NCBI GenBank assembly: GCA_963851055.1 | Contig: CAWKMY010000004.1 | Span: 16,677-80,676 of the forward strand | From: an uncultured bacterium | Lineage (GTDB): Bacteria > Patescibacteriota > Minisyncoccia > Phycocordibacterales > PALSA-1337 | Direction of reading: 5' to 3' | Length of the DNA: 64,000 bases | Shown: one piece after another, positions 27,383-36,029 of the stretch | How the letters are laid out: each line of letters opens with the position of its first letter | How positions within the stretch are numbered: position 1 is the stretch's first letter | Translations under genes and position numbers: made by a program | Notes under the pieces: model-generated | What the model saw: only the letters and a program-made list of their open reading frames with translations | Databases searched by the model: none | What the model was told of the DNA's origin: nothing

Positions 27383-28150
27383 ATGCAGACCGAATCTTCA
27401 GACCAGTTTCTTCAAAAAATCATCAATACACTATCGAAAAAAGATAATGTTGATGCTCTGCTTTTGTGCGGTTCGACTGCGACTGGAAAACAGACGAAAA
27501 GCAGTGATCATGATCTAGTTTTGGTCGTAAAGGAAAAACCTGACAAGTTATTGTCGTTATTTACTTACATCAATGGTCTGCCTGCAGATATTTTCTTCTA
27601 CTCATCAGGTGACATAAAACGCATTGTTTTGAATAAGCAGATAAAAGAAGGCGGTGAGTCATGGCTCATGCACTGGCTCCAAAAAGGGAAAATTTCATTT
27701 GATAAATCTGGGGATCTTTCAAAGCTACAGAACATGATTTCAGAAATTCAATATCCACTCGATACATCGGCAGGTACTTCTGCATACAAGATAAATTATA
27801 ATCTGGTAAATAATACAAGATATTTTGAATCTAATGATTCGCTGTATCATTCGGCTCTTGAGATTCGACTTCTATATTCCACTGTCGAAGCCTTAGTGGG
27901 ATATTTTTCGATACGCCATATTTACTGGGAAGGTGAGAAAAAAGCCATTCAATATCTGGAAAATCAAGATCCAGAGTACCTTTCAGTTTTCCAGAAGACT
28001 GCTAGAGCGTCTAATTTACAGGATAAATTTGCGGCCTATCGAGATCTTGTAGAGAAATCATTTACGAGTGAATATCCAAAATGGGACAAAGATGTTGTGA
28101 CGAGTGTTGATGGTGATTTCGGAGTGTTTTGGAAGAATTTGCTTAAATAA
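27383..28150 (+). CDS. nucleotidyltransferase (Pol-beta superfamily) with helical C-domain
   Basis: LLCGSTATGKQTKSSDHDLVLVV matches the GS..DxD minimal NTase motif. 255 aa. Confidence 0.65.
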   Translation: MQTESSDQFLQKIINTLSKKDNVDALLLCGSTATGKQTKSSDHDLVLVVKEKPDKLLSLFTYINGLPADIFFYSSGDIKRIVLNKQIKEGGESWLMHWLQKGKISFDKSGDLSKLQNMISEIQYPLDTSAGTSAYKINYNLVNNTRYFESNDSLYHSALEIRLLYSTVEALVGYFSIRHIYWEGEKKAIQYLENQDPEYLSVFQKTARASNLQDKFAAYRDLVEKSFTSEYPKWDKDVVTSVDGDFGVFWKNLLK

Positions 28151-28170
28151 CTTAATCATTGTCAGGTGGC

Positions 28171-28198
28171 TTGACAAGATATACAAGTAGTGTATTCT
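28171..28198 (+). promoter_or_regulatory. sigma70-like promoter of the small-protein/rSAM cassette
   Basis: TTGACA (28171-28176), a 16-nt spacer, then TATTCT (28193-28198). Confidence 0.4.
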
Positions 28199-28270
28199 TT
28201 AGAGCAGATTTTGTGGTTGGTAATTGCTGTTATACAGTAATGCTGCAAGGTCTTTTACAATCAAAATCCT

Positions 28271-28462
28271 ATGAGTAAAATTGTTACTCCAGAACAGGGT
28301 AGAATCGCTTTGTGCGGCGTCCAAGGGTGCTGTCCAACGGTCGATTTTACGGAACCAACCACTGTCTTCATCCGTGATGATTTCGGTGGTAAGGTCCAGC
28401 TTACTCGCGAACAGTGGCAGGATCTCAAGAATAAGTTCGTCGGCAAGCCTGAACAAGGCTGA
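28271..28462 (+). CDS. 63-aa Cys-bearing small protein (candidate rSAM substrate or partner)
   Basis: MSKIVTPEQGRIALCGVQGCCPTVDFTEPTTVFIRDDFGGKVQLTREQWQDLKNKFVGKPEQG. It is bracketed by a promoter and a strong terminator. The C..V..(V/I)RD....L....W..F pattern recalls DUF397-type small proteins. Confidence 0.55.
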   Translation: MSKIVTPEQGRIALCGVQGCCPTVDFTEPTTVFIRDDFGGKVQLTREQWQDLKNKFVGKPEQG

Positions 28463-28487
28463 CCGCAACAACAGCTTCGGCTGAAAC

Positions 28488-28521
28488 AGCTCCTGGCCGT
28501 CACGGTCGGGAGCTATTTTTC
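28488..28521 (+). terminator. strong intrinsic terminator/attenuator between the small ORF and the rSAM gene
   Basis: An 11-bp stem (28488-28498 / 28504-28514; 9 Watson-Crick and 2 GU pairs) with a 5-nt loop, then ATTTTTC. It is preceded by a CAGC-UUCG-GCUG tetraloop hairpin at 28472-28483. Confidence 0.7.
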
Positions 28522-28549
28522 TAGAAGCAGGATATGAAAGAAGGTGAAT

Positions 28550-29863
28550 ATGATCTCGAAATACCTTCGGATTAGAAAGAAGGACGACCAAGTTGTCGTA
28601 TTTCATGAGCTTCATCCTGATCCGATATATTGCTCTTTGGAAAAATGGGAGCAGTTCGTATCGAATCAAAAAGGAGATGATGCTTTCGTGGAAGGCTTAA
28701 AGAAACGTAAACTGATAGTTGATCAAGAAGTTGATGATCAAGCTGAGTATGATGCGATATCTGCTCGGCTACAGAGAAAACATAGCCAGGCAGGAACTCT
28801 GTATCTGATGACCGCGCAAGGTTGCAACTTCAATTGCGGGTACTGTTTCGTTCCAGAGCTCGCCCGTAAGTTCGGAGAATCTATGTTAACCGAAGAGAAC
28901 GCAATTGCCGGGATCAACCTCTGGTATGAACATCTCAAAGTGGCACATGATCAAAATGTGGAATATTTCGTAATCTTCTACGGTGGCGAGCCTTTATTGA
29001 ATAAGGCTGTGATTGAAAAGTCACTCCCGTATCTGAAGAAAATGAAAAGCATTACAGGATTACCAGACCGACTCAACCTGATGATGGTGACGAACGGGTT
29101 ACTTGTTGATGATTCAATCATCTCGATGTGCAAGGAACACGACATTATGGTCGTTGTCAGTCTCGACGGTTCAAAGCTTGTGCATGATTCCTTTAGAGTC
29201 GATACTCTTGGTAACGGGACATATGAAGCGGTCGTAGCCGCGATCAAAAAGCTCGTTGCAAGTGGAATCAGAACATTTGGTTCAGTAACCATTACACCGC
29301 AGAATATCAACCGGCTTGGAGAAGTGTCAGATCACCTTACCGAACTGGGAGTCGAAAAAATCGGCTTCAATTTCATAAAAGGCAAAAAACTGATTGAGCT
29401 GGTTGGTAAAGATGGAGTCGGTCAGTATTGTGAGCAAGCGGCGAAAGCTGTTCTCGAATACTCCCATAGTCACAAGTTCGGTTCCGAATATCAGTTGGAG
29501 AAGAAGGTTCACGCTTTCAACGAGCAGGACTTTTTCCCTCATGACTGTACCTGCTATGGTAGCCAGCTTGTGATACAACCAGACGGTCAGATATCAAATT
29601 GCCCATTCTTCAAGGCAGGTCTCGGACATGTTAAAGAAGTGGGCAAGGATTTCAGAATTTGGGATCAATCTTTGGTTCATGAGTGGCGCAAAAGACTACC
29701 GCTCTATAGCCAAGGATTTAGGAACAATGACGCGAAAGCGTTATGTGGAGCAGGGTGCGCCTGGAGTTCGGAAGAGCTTTACGGCGATATACTTGCTGTC
29801 GATCAAATCAGTCGCATCTTTGGAGAGGAGGTATTCAATGAACTCATATGGTCAAAACAGTAA
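28550..29863 (+). CDS. radical SAM enzyme with C-terminal SPASM/twitch domain (peptide-maturase architecture)
   Basis: CNFNCGYC (CxxxCxxC). C-terminal CTCYGSQLVIQPDGQISNCPFF...LCGAGCAWS. About 90 aa precede the core. ATG 28550 has an AAGGTG Shine-Dalgarno sequence. The ORF-track GTG at 28544 is less likely. Confidence 0.85.
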   Translation: MISKYLRIRKKDDQVVVFHELHPDPIYCSLEKWEQFVSNQKGDDAFVEGLKKRKLIVDQEVDDQAEYDAISARLQRKHSQAGTLYLMTAQGCNFNCGYCFVPELARKFGESMLTEENAIAGINLWYEHLKVAHDQNVEYFVIFYGGEPLLNKAVIEKSLPYLKKMKSITGLPDRLNLMMVTNGLLVDDSIISMCKEHDIMVVVSLDGSKLVHDSFRVDTLGNGTYEAVVAAIKKLVASGIRTFGSVTITPQNINRLGEVSDHLTELGVEKIGFNFIKGKKLIELVGKDGVGQYCEQAAKAVLEYSHSHKFGSEYQLEKKVHAFNEQDFFPHDCTCYGSQLVIQPDGQISNCPFFKAGLGHVKEVGKDFRIWDQSLVHEWRKRLPLYSQGFRNNDAKALCGAGCAWSSEELYGDILAVDQISRIFGEEVFNELIWSKQ

Positions 29864-30671
29864 TAAACCAAAGATTGGGATTATTGGAGGCACTGGTATG
29901 GAAACATTTCCAGAACTCAAGGTAATCTCGAGTGCTAGGCAATCGAATCGGTACGGTACGCCTTCTGGCGATGTACTTATCTGTGAATATCACAGAAAGA
30001 CAGTCGCGTTTATACCCAGACATGGGAGTGGACACGACATTCCTCCGCATAAGATTCCGTACAAGGCAAACATCCTAGCTCTCAAAGAAGCGGGTGTTGA
30101 GTATATTATTGGGACTTGCGTGACAGGTAGTCTCAAGAAGGAGATTCAGCCAGGCATGTTCGTTCTTCCTGATCAATTCGTCAATCTTACATGGGGAAGA
30201 GATGACAGTTACGAGCATGATAACGGTTTTATCCACCTACCTATGGGTAACCCGTATTGTGAACATGTAAGAACGCAGATTCTCTCCTTCGCAAAGTCGG
30301 CCAATGTAAGTATTGTGCCTGCGGGGACAGTCGCTGTTATTCAGGGACCGAGATTCTCAACTGCTGCGGAAAGCCGATGGTATTCTGCAAACGGATGGGA
30401 CATTATTAACATGACACAATATCCTGAATGTTACTTTGCGAAAGAACTGGGTATTTGCTACGCGGTAATCGCGTCAGTTACAGATTACGATGCGGGGTTG
30501 CAAGAGAACCTAACAATTGATCCCTTACATGCGGATAAATTTCTGAAAGTTTTCAGGGAGAATACTCGCAAAACTAAGGATCTGTTGTTAGCTTTAATTG
30601 ACAGCCCATTTTCGGAATTCTCATGCAAGTGCGCGACTGATGTGGTCAAAGCGTACTACGAACAAACATAG
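29838..30671 (+). CDS. mtnP: S-methyl-5'-thioadenosine (MTA/5'-deoxyadenosine-type) phosphorylase
   Basis: KIGIIGGTG, IPRHGSGHDIPPHKIPYKANI and QGPRFSTAAES motifs. The ATG lies 26 nt inside the rSAM gene. Confidence 0.85.
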   Translation: MNSYGQNSNKPKIGIIGGTGMETFPELKVISSARQSNRYGTPSGDVLICEYHRKTVAFIPRHGSGHDIPPHKIPYKANILALKEAGVEYIIGTCVTGSLKKEIQPGMFVLPDQFVNLTWGRDDSYEHDNGFIHLPMGNPYCEHVRTQILSFAKSANVSIVPAGTVAVIQGPRFSTAAESRWYSANGWDIINMTQYPECYFAKELGICYAVIASVTDYDAGLQENLTIDPLHADKFLKVFRENTRKTKDLLLALIDSPFSEFSCKCATDVVKAYYEQT

Positions 30672-30675
30672 TAAA

Positions 30676-30706
30676 CCGCTGGAAGAAATTCCGGCGGCTT
30701 TTGTTG
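30676..30706 (+). terminator. putative terminator closing the cassette
   Basis: CCGCTGG-aagaaatt-CCGGCGG (7 bp with one GU pair) followed by CTTTTGTTG. Confidence 0.5.
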
Positions 30707-30734
30707 TCAAATTCGTTACAATATGTTATGGTGA

Positions 30735-30767
30735 GAACAGACAAAAGAGCATTGACAGTGATATAAT
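30735..30767 (+). promoter_or_regulatory. promoter of the ABC-F gene
   Basis: Perfect extended -10 TGATATAAT (30759-30767) with a CAGACA -35-like box 18 nt upstream. Confidence 0.45.
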
Positions 30768-30791
30768 TCACTCGAAAAAGAAAGGAATTTT

Positions 30792-32468
30792 ATGCTTACC
30801 GTCAAACAAATCAGCAAGAACTATGGATCGAGAACGGTACTTTCCGGTGTCTCTTTTGCGCTTGGAAAAGGCGACAAAGCGGCATTGGTTGGGCCAAATG
30901 GTGTTGGGAAGACGACGCTTCTTCGAATTTTTGCAGGTATCGAGGAGCCGGATTCTGGTACTGTGGAAGTGCAAAAAACCGCTTGTATCGGATATTTGGA
31001 ACAAGATACCAGTGTAATGGGAACGGACACGGTTCTTGATTACTTGAAGACAGTTTCGGGGATCATTGAACTTGAGAAGAAATTGGAGGATCTGTCGACA
31101 CAACTTACTGACCCCAAGAAGGCTTTAGAGTACGGCGAAGCCCAGGAGAAGTATGATCGCCTTGATGGGTATTCGTTTTCTCATCGAGCACAGATCATCC
31201 TGTCCGGTTTCGGTTTTGTCGAGAGTGACATGGGCAGGTCGGTCAGCGATCTAAGCAGTGGACAGAAAGTCAAAGTGTCACTCGCTGGTATCCTTCTAAA
31301 AGGAGTCGATCTGCTCCTTTTGGATGAACCGACGAACAATCTTGATCTACCGTCTCTCATTTGGCTTGAGGACTTTCTCAAGACATCTGAAGCTGTAGTG
31401 ATCGTTGTTTCTCATGATCGGAGATTCCTCGATAAGGTGACCAGAAAGATCATCGAAATCGATCGGAATACGAAATCGGTCACTGTTACCGGCGGGAAGT
31501 ATAGTGATTATCTGGAAATGTCGATCAAACGTTTGGAAAGTGCGCGAGAAGCCTATCGTCTCCAACAGGAGGAAATAGAGCGTCTCACTGAAGAAGTTCG
31601 TAAGAAAAAGATGGAGGCTGATCGAGGTTCGAGATGGCAAGGTAGCGACAATGACAAATTCCTGCGTGGTTTCAAAAGAGACCGAGCAGGAAGGTCGGGT
31701 AAACGCGCCAAAGCTATTGAGAAACGGATTGACCAGATCGAGAAGGTTGAAAGACCAATCGAAAGGGATCCCCTCGAAATTCCTCTTGAAGCACCAGCTA
31801 ACGTTGGAACTCTTCACATCACCCTTGATAAGGTTGTAGCCGGGTATCCTGGAGTATTCTCCATCGGACCAGTCTCAATTGAAATCATGTATGGTAATAG
31901 AGTCGGTATCATGGGCCTAAACGGTTCCGGTAAATCGACACTACTGAAAACACTCACTGGCGTTATTTCGCCACTCAGTGGATCGGTGGAGATCGGTTCC
32001 GGTATTCGTATCGGCAACATGATGCAGGAGCATGAAATCTTGCCGAAAGACAAGACGCCCATCGAATTCCTGGAAGGCGAAGGAAAGTTAAACACACAGG
32101 ATTCCTATGCCAAGCTTGCAAAATTCGGCATCGGTGAGCAGCAAGCTCGGAGGTTGATAAGTGAATTGAGTCCTGGTGGCCGTGCCCGTCTGATTCTGGC
32201 GTTCTTCTCGGCTTTGTCGGTAAATGCGTTGGTGTTGGATGAACCGACAAACCATCTTGACATAGAAGCAGTTCAAGCGCTTGAGGAAACTCTTGCGTTA
32301 TACAAAGGTACCGTAATCTTGGTATCACATGATCGATATTTTCTTGAAAAAGCCAAACTTAACACCGTCTATCTGATCTCAGCAGGACAGTTCTCGAGAA
32401 TTGGCGATTACAAGGAGTATATTGAATCCATAGAGAAACGAGTTAAACGACTGGTTAAATCATTGTAA
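30792..32468 (+). CDS. ABC-F family ATPase (two ABC domains, no TM)
   Basis: Two Walker A sites (GPNGVGKTT, GLNGSGKST), two signature motifs (LSSGQKVK, LSPGGRAR) and a charged linker. Confidence 0.9.
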   Translation: MLTVKQISKNYGSRTVLSGVSFALGKGDKAALVGPNGVGKTTLLRIFAGIEEPDSGTVEVQKTACIGYLEQDTSVMGTDTVLDYLKTVSGIIELEKKLEDLSTQLTDPKKALEYGEAQEKYDRLDGYSFSHRAQIILSGFGFVESDMGRSVSDLSSGQKVKVSLAGILLKGVDLLLLDEPTNNLDLPSLIWLEDFLKTSEAVVIVVSHDRRFLDKVTRKIIEIDRNTKSVTVTGGKYSDYLEMSIKRLESAREAYRLQQEEIERLTEEVRKKKMEADRGSRWQGSDNDKFLRGFKRDRAGRSGKRAKAIEKRIDQIEKVERPIERDPLEIPLEAPANVGTLHITLDKVVAGYPGVFSIGPVSIEIMYGNRVGIMGLNGSGKSTLLKTLTGVISPLSGSVEIGSGIRIGNMMQEHEILPKDKTPIEFLEGEGKLNTQDSYAKLAKFGIGEQQARRLISELSPGGRARLILAFFSALSVNALVLDEPTNHLDIEAVQALEETLALYKGTVILVSHDRYFLEKAKLNTVYLISAGQFSRIGDYKEYIESIEKRVKRLVKSL

Positions 32469-32492
32469 CAGTAGCGGGTCGTAAAATATCAC

Positions 32493-32517
32493 AAAGAGCC
32501 TGACCAGCTCTTTTTTA
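32493..32517 (+). terminator. putative terminator after ABC-F
   Basis: AAGAGC-ctgacca-GCTCTT followed by TTTTT. Confidence 0.55.
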
Positions 32518-32518
32518 T

Positions 32519-32527
32519 TGCTATAAT
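32519..32527 (+). promoter_or_regulatory. extended -10 box TGCTATAAT, 7 nt before ATG 32535
   Basis: tgcTATAATaaatcatATG. Confidence 0.4.
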
Positions 32528-32534
32528 AAATCAT

Positions 32535-32807
32535 ATGATCAAACTTGACACCTCTTTCTGGAACGAATACTTCCGCCTCTATGACATCCTGAACAAGGTA
32601 TATCCCTACCAAGGTTTATTGAGATCAGTAATAGCAGAAATAGATCTTGATGGCGGTAGGATAGTCTTAGACGCCGGTGCCGGAACGGGCAATCTTGCCG
32701 TTCTTATCGCGAAGACGGGAGCCCAAGTGGTCGGGCTAGATTTATCAGAGATCGGTCTTGAGATATTCAAAAAAAAGTTGCCGATGAGTAAGGTTGTCTT
32801 GCAATGA
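32535..32807 (+). pseudogene. truncated class I SAM methyltransferase (motif I only)
   Basis: VLDAGAGTGNLAVLIAKTGAQVVGLDLS is followed by a stop after 90 aa. The expected continuation (..NDLKPPY) lies in another frame and stops again. Confidence 0.5.
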
Positions 32808-32881
32808 TTTGAAGCCGCCATATTAATAGCCCGTTGATGAAATTTTGATTTGGATGAGTCTTGATGTACAATATCGCCATT

Positions 32882-34357
32882 ATGAATCAAGCAAAAACAC
32901 CTGCTAGCGAGGCACCGAAAAATAATTCCTTCAGTAAAAATATAACAAGCCGTTCCGAGGATTATTCCAAGTGGTATCTCGATGTAATCGACGTTGCTGG
33001 CCTAGCCGAAAATTCTCCTGTCCGAGGTTGTATGATCATAAAACCTTATGGTTACGCATTGTGGGAACGAACCCAGAAGATACTCGATGAAAAGTTTAAA
33101 GAAACAGGTGTTCAGAATGCATATTTTCCGTTATTCATTCCGGAGAAACTTCTCAAACGCGAGGAGGATCACGTGGAAGGTTTTGCACCAGAAGTCGCCG
33201 TTGTAACATATGCGGGTGGTAAAAAACTGGAAGAGCCTCTCGTTGTGCGTCCAACTTCAGAAACGATCATGTATGAGGTATTTTCTAATTGGATACATTC
33301 TTATCGTGATTTGCCTCTACTCATAAACCAATGGGCCAATGTGGTGAGGTGGGAGATGCGCCCGCGGCTCTTCTTGCGTACAGTCGAATTCCTCTGGCAA
33401 GAAGGGCATACCGTTCACGAGGCCCAGTCAGAGGCAGATAAAAGAGCAAGGGACATGCTAGATATTTACCGTGATTTTGCCGAAAACATAATGGCCATCC
33501 CTGTCATTACAGGTGTCAAATCTGAATCAGAAAAGTTCGCAGGTGCTTTGTGTACATATTCAGTTGAAGCGATGATGCAAGATGGCAAGGCGCTTCAGTT
33601 TGCGACATCGCATAATCTCGGACAGAATTTTGCCAAAGTCTTCAATGTGTTGTTTCTCGATAATGAGAGTAATCGTCAGTATGGTTGGCAGACCAGTTGG
33701 GGTCTTAGCACGCGTACCATTGGAGGTCTCATTATGACGCATAGTGATGACAAGGGACTTGTTCTTCCTCCTAATATCGCCTCTATACAAACAATTATTA
33801 CGACCATATCATCTAACGATGAGGCCAGAACTATTGTCACAGACAAGGCTGAAGCGATCAATAAAAAATTAATTGCGAGCGGTATTAGGTCAAAAATCGA
33901 TATTCGAGATATAAGGCCTGGAGAAAAGTTTTATGAATGGGAAAAGAAGGGTGTTCCTATCCGCATCGAGCTTGGACCTAAGGATGTGGCAAATAATTCA
34001 GCTATACTGGTTAGACGCGATACCGCAGAAAAAACCGTTGTTTCTCTAGACTTGTTGACTGACACCGTTGCGTCTCTATTGAAGGAGATACAGTCCAATC
34101 TTTTCAATAGAGCGCTGAGTTATCAGAAGTTAAAAACTAAAGTAGTAGATAAGTGGGATGAATTTGTAAAAGAAATTAAGGCCGGTAATTTTGTAATGGC
34201 GCATTGGTCTGGAGAGAAGGAAGAAGAGGCAAAGATCAAAGAGGCTACGGGCGCGACTGTGCGGTGTATTTCTTTCGATCAAAAAGCAGAACCAGGACGA
34301 TGTATATTCAGCGGCAAGCCTTCAAAAGGAAGAGTCTTGTTTGCAACATCTTACTAA
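32882..34357 (+). CDS. proS: proline--tRNA ligase, archaeal/eukaryote-like type
   Basis: YSKWYLDVI, RPTSET and FLWQEGHT motifs, no bacterial INS domain, and a C-terminus ending ..ATSY. The start is at MNQAKT, after a TACAAT box. Confidence 0.9.
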   Translation: MNQAKTPASEAPKNNSFSKNITSRSEDYSKWYLDVIDVAGLAENSPVRGCMIIKPYGYALWERTQKILDEKFKETGVQNAYFPLFIPEKLLKREEDHVEGFAPEVAVVTYAGGKKLEEPLVVRPTSETIMYEVFSNWIHSYRDLPLLINQWANVVRWEMRPRLFLRTVEFLWQEGHTVHEAQSEADKRARDMLDIYRDFAENIMAIPVITGVKSESEKFAGALCTYSVEAMMQDGKALQFATSHNLGQNFAKVFNVLFLDNESNRQYGWQTSWGLSTRTIGGLIMTHSDDKGLVLPPNIASIQTIITTISSNDEARTIVTDKAEAINKKLIASGIRSKIDIRDIRPGEKFYEWEKKGVPIRIELGPKDVANNSAILVRRDTAEKTVVSLDLLTDTVASLLKEIQSNLFNRALSYQKLKTKVVDKWDEFVKEIKAGNFVMAHWSGEKEEEAKIKEATGATVRCISFDQKAEPGRCIFSGKPSKGRVLFATSY

Positions 34358-34744
34358 TATATGGACATACTAGCCAAAGATTTATTACCAAATCGAGAGA
34401 TCACTAAAGATAAAATTCTCCAAGCACGATGTTTTGACTGATCACTAGATATGCTAATGGCCAGAACGGCAATGCTCCCATGAGCAATATAGTAACACCG
34501 ATAAAGTATTTCTAGCTACAAGGAGCTATTGCACACAAGGTTATTCCATGCTACTCTTACATCACAATGAGATATAAAGCCATCCAGTCAAATAGCTGGC
34601 ATCATGACCATCTTCAGCACGAAGGGGGTCATTGGCTTGTCTCGTAATCTCTAGATAGAGCATAAGCACGAACGATAAGACGCCCTTCGTATGAGTACGA
34701 GGGGTGTTTTCGTATTATCCAAATTCATCGAATAACTAATAACC

Positions 34745-35869
34745 ATGAACAAATCAAATAGAGACAGATTCATAGAAGACTTATCGAAGCTTGTATCATT
34801 CAAGACTGTCACTTCAGACATAGCTGAGAATGCCAAGGCGCTTGATTTTATCCAGTCGAAAATTGACAAAAAAGCGGTAGTTGAGAGGCTCAAGAATAAC
34901 GGCGTGGAATTGCTCATTGCGTCGAACAAGGGTGGCAAGTCGCCGGATGTTTGTTTCCTAGTACACGCGGATGTGGTGGCCGGGAAACCGAGTCAGTTCA
35001 AAATGACGATAAAGAACGGCGTCGTCTATGGCAGGGGAGTGAGCGACATGAAATTCTCAATACCTATAGGATATTCGCTCTTGAATGGCCTCATCGCGGA
35101 TAAGTCCAAAATATCATTTGCATTCGTCATCACTACTGATGAAGAGACTGGCGGCTTCAACGGTGCGGCTTATCTAGCCGGCAGATATGGCCTAAAACCG
35201 AAGATACTGATCGTTCCGGACGGCGGCGATGGTTTGGTATTCGTGGATAAAGCAAAAGGCGTCTGTGCTCTGCGTATATATTCTACCGGCAAACCGGCTC
35301 ACTCATCGAGGATATGGGATGGCAAGAACGCGCTGGAACCGCTCGTGAGGCTGTGCGGCGTTGTTATCTCCAGATACGCCCAGAATAATAGGCGTGAATC
35401 ATGGAAGACTACGGTCAACATAGGGAAGCTCCAAGGCGGAATATCCGCAAATCAAGTCTGTCCAGAGGCTTACGCGATATTAGACTTCAGGTTTCCAGAG
35501 ACTACTACATTCAAAGCAATATTGGATGAGGTGTCAGTCATGGCCAAGGAAATAGACTCGTCGCTCAAAGTGTCTGTCTATTCCAGAGGAGAACCGACGG
35601 CCGTCGATGTCGATTTGCCTATAGTCAAATCGTTCATAAAGAGCTTCGAGGAGACATATGGCATGAAGATAAAGATCAAAGGGACTTACGGCGCTTCGGA
35701 TGCTAGGCATTTCGCCAAATTGAACGCCCCTATCCTCATGATCAAGCCTGAAGGCGGTGACATACACGGTGATAACGAGAATATGGATGTAGATTCATGC
35801 CTGTTATTCTACGAAGCCGTAAAAGATTTTCTCGGCAAGATAGAGAAGAGCGAAGCCATGCATTGGTAG
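34745..35869 (+). CDS. M20 family metallopeptidase (ArgE/DapE-like)
   Basis: LVHADVV, GRGVSDMK, TTDEETGG and a dimerisation-domain layout. Confidence 0.8.
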   Translation: MNKSNRDRFIEDLSKLVSFKTVTSDIAENAKALDFIQSKIDKKAVVERLKNNGVELLIASNKGGKSPDVCFLVHADVVAGKPSQFKMTIKNGVVYGRGVSDMKFSIPIGYSLLNGLIADKSKISFAFVITTDEETGGFNGAAYLAGRYGLKPKILIVPDGGDGLVFVDKAKGVCALRIYSTGKPAHSSRIWDGKNALEPLVRLCGVVISRYAQNNRRESWKTTVNIGKLQGGISANQVCPEAYAILDFRFPETTTFKAILDEVSVMAKEIDSSLKVSVYSRGEPTAVDVDLPIVKSFIKSFEETYGMKIKIKGTYGASDARHFAKLNAPILMIKPEGGDIHGDNENMDVDSCLLFYEAVKDFLGKIEKSEAMHW

Positions 35870-36029
35870 AGAGCGACTCCGAATGGCTGTCCCGACTCCG
35901 GTCGGGGATAGTCAACTGCCCGCATGAGTGTGTGGGCAGTGACTGTCGTAGTTCTTTAACAATGTAATAAAAGGAATATCTATGAAAGATGTATCTGTTT
36001 GGTTGTGTAGATTGGATCCCTCAGGATTC

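Noticed and set aside
28199-28669. 156-aa minus-strand ORF covering the small Cys-protein gene and the rSAM start
   Set aside because: It would overlap the rSAM coding start by about 120 nt. It also ignores the plus-strand promoter, ORF and terminator architecture, and no motif was recognised. It is kept as the explicit alternative hypothesis in finding 1.
31347-31817. 156-aa minus-strand ORF, plus several 60-117-aa ORFs at 31814-32328
   Set aside because: All are antisense to the intact two-domain ABC-F gene.
30792-32468. ABC-F ATPase as a fourth member (immunity or export) of the rSAM cassette
   Set aside because: It is separated from the cassette by a terminator-like hairpin (30676-30706) and has its own perfect extended -10 promoter (TGATATAAT). 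ABC-F proteins lack membrane domains and are translation factors, not exporters.
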